Source: Lepidodermella squamata (Eukaryota > Animalia > Gastrotricha). From it: a stretch of 64,000 bases of DNA. The notes under the pieces were generated by a model. It was not told where the DNA came from. It saw only the letters and a list, made by a program, of their open reading frames with translations, and ran no database searches. Of the stretch, positions 63,343 to 64,000 are shown in pieces. The DNA is taken from contig JBLDXI010000009.1 in NCBI GenBank assembly GCA_047495785.1, positions 3,968,001-4,032,000 of the forward strand, written 5' to 3'. Made by a program: the position numbers and the translations under genes. Position 1 is the stretch's first letter. Every line of letters starts with the position of its first letter.

Positions 63343-64000
63343 TTATTCGCAAACTGGGGGCGGAGCACTCCATTGGCCGTCATTTTGGCACGTGATTGCC
63401 TGTGCCCCGCGGAGGCGCCGATTCGCGGAGCATGTGTAAGTCACTCGATGACCTACAAGGTTACCAGGACCACTTGCTATCCCGCCAATAATTTGAGGAA
63501 TTTCTGCATTTAAATTAAAAATCACAAATAGTAATCAATAATACGACATTTTCAAAAATATTTTACCTGGGCAAGAGTTTACTAAACTGCATTGTCGGAT
63601 CTCGGTCGACCACTGGCCCTCTGCACTACAACGCAGGTCGAAAGACTGGGCGCCAGCTGCCGTTGTTCTGCCTTGGTTGCATGTCACAGTTTCCTTTGTT
63701 CCAACAAGAGCCGTGCCACCATCCGACCAATCACTGTTACCAACCGTCGCCGATGGGCATAATTTCGCCTTTTGACCATGTCCGAAATCAACATGAGCAC
63801 AAGGCCATCCTTCGAATTCAACCGGGTAAATACGCATATATCTGGCAACGATTCCGTAAGGCAACAGGCTGCAGACTTTAATCGTGACGGAGTTAACATT
63901 CCCGTCGAAAATTTTCACCCCGCCTGACGCGTCGCTAACATTGGTCCAAGTAAGTCCGTCGATAGAATAAGCAATGCTGAATTTAGTCGTGTAATAATTG
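63343..64000 (-). CDS. Same family, paralogue F (3' end only: F5/8C end + 2 Sushi; truncated by the window edge)
   Basis: FDGNVNS…IVARYMRIYPVEFEGWPCAHVDFGH…TCNQG…; last exon EIPQIIGG…WSAPPPVCE*. Confidence 0.85.

Noticed and set aside
1-64000. CRISPR arrays, rRNA genes, prokaryotic operons or defence systems
   Set aside because: No repeat-spacer arrays or rRNA motifs seen; spliceosomal introns and animal genes occur throughout.

Overview
Gene-dense animal (invertebrate) genomic DNA with mostly ~50-60-nt GT-AG introns. It is not prokaryotic, so most entries in the ORF track are exon fragments or shadow ORFs. Left to right: (1) 0.3-15 kb, a tandem cluster of seven sigma-class glutathione S-transferase genes (+). 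The third copy is split by a 4.28-kb, apparently intact P-element-superfamily transposon (39-bp TIRs, 8-bp TSD, spliced ~850-aa transposase), the fifth copy has lost intron 2, and several MITE/fold-back elements lie between the genes. (2) 16.6-18.2 kb, a non-autonomous TIR element, probably PIF/Harbinger-like. (3) 19-41 kb, single-copy genes: flavin polyamine oxidase, CAAX-type complexin, CCDC142-like (-), ZRANB1/Trabid, eIF3a and QDPR. (4) 41.5-64 kb, a tandem array (-) of at least six paralogues of a secreted ~1000-aa mosaic protein: signal peptide, PAN/Apple, IgGFc-binding N-terminal domain, two DxDNDxDG acidic motifs, variable hinge, SUEL-type lectin, F5/8C discoidin, two Sushi/CCP. This array is the best candidate for an undescribed system. 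It shows N-half/C-half mosaicism between copies, two codon-bias classes, a shared upstream motif in front of only some copies, and spacing compatible with polycistronic transcription and trans-splicing. All domain and gene calls are by-eye motif recognition; no database searches were run.
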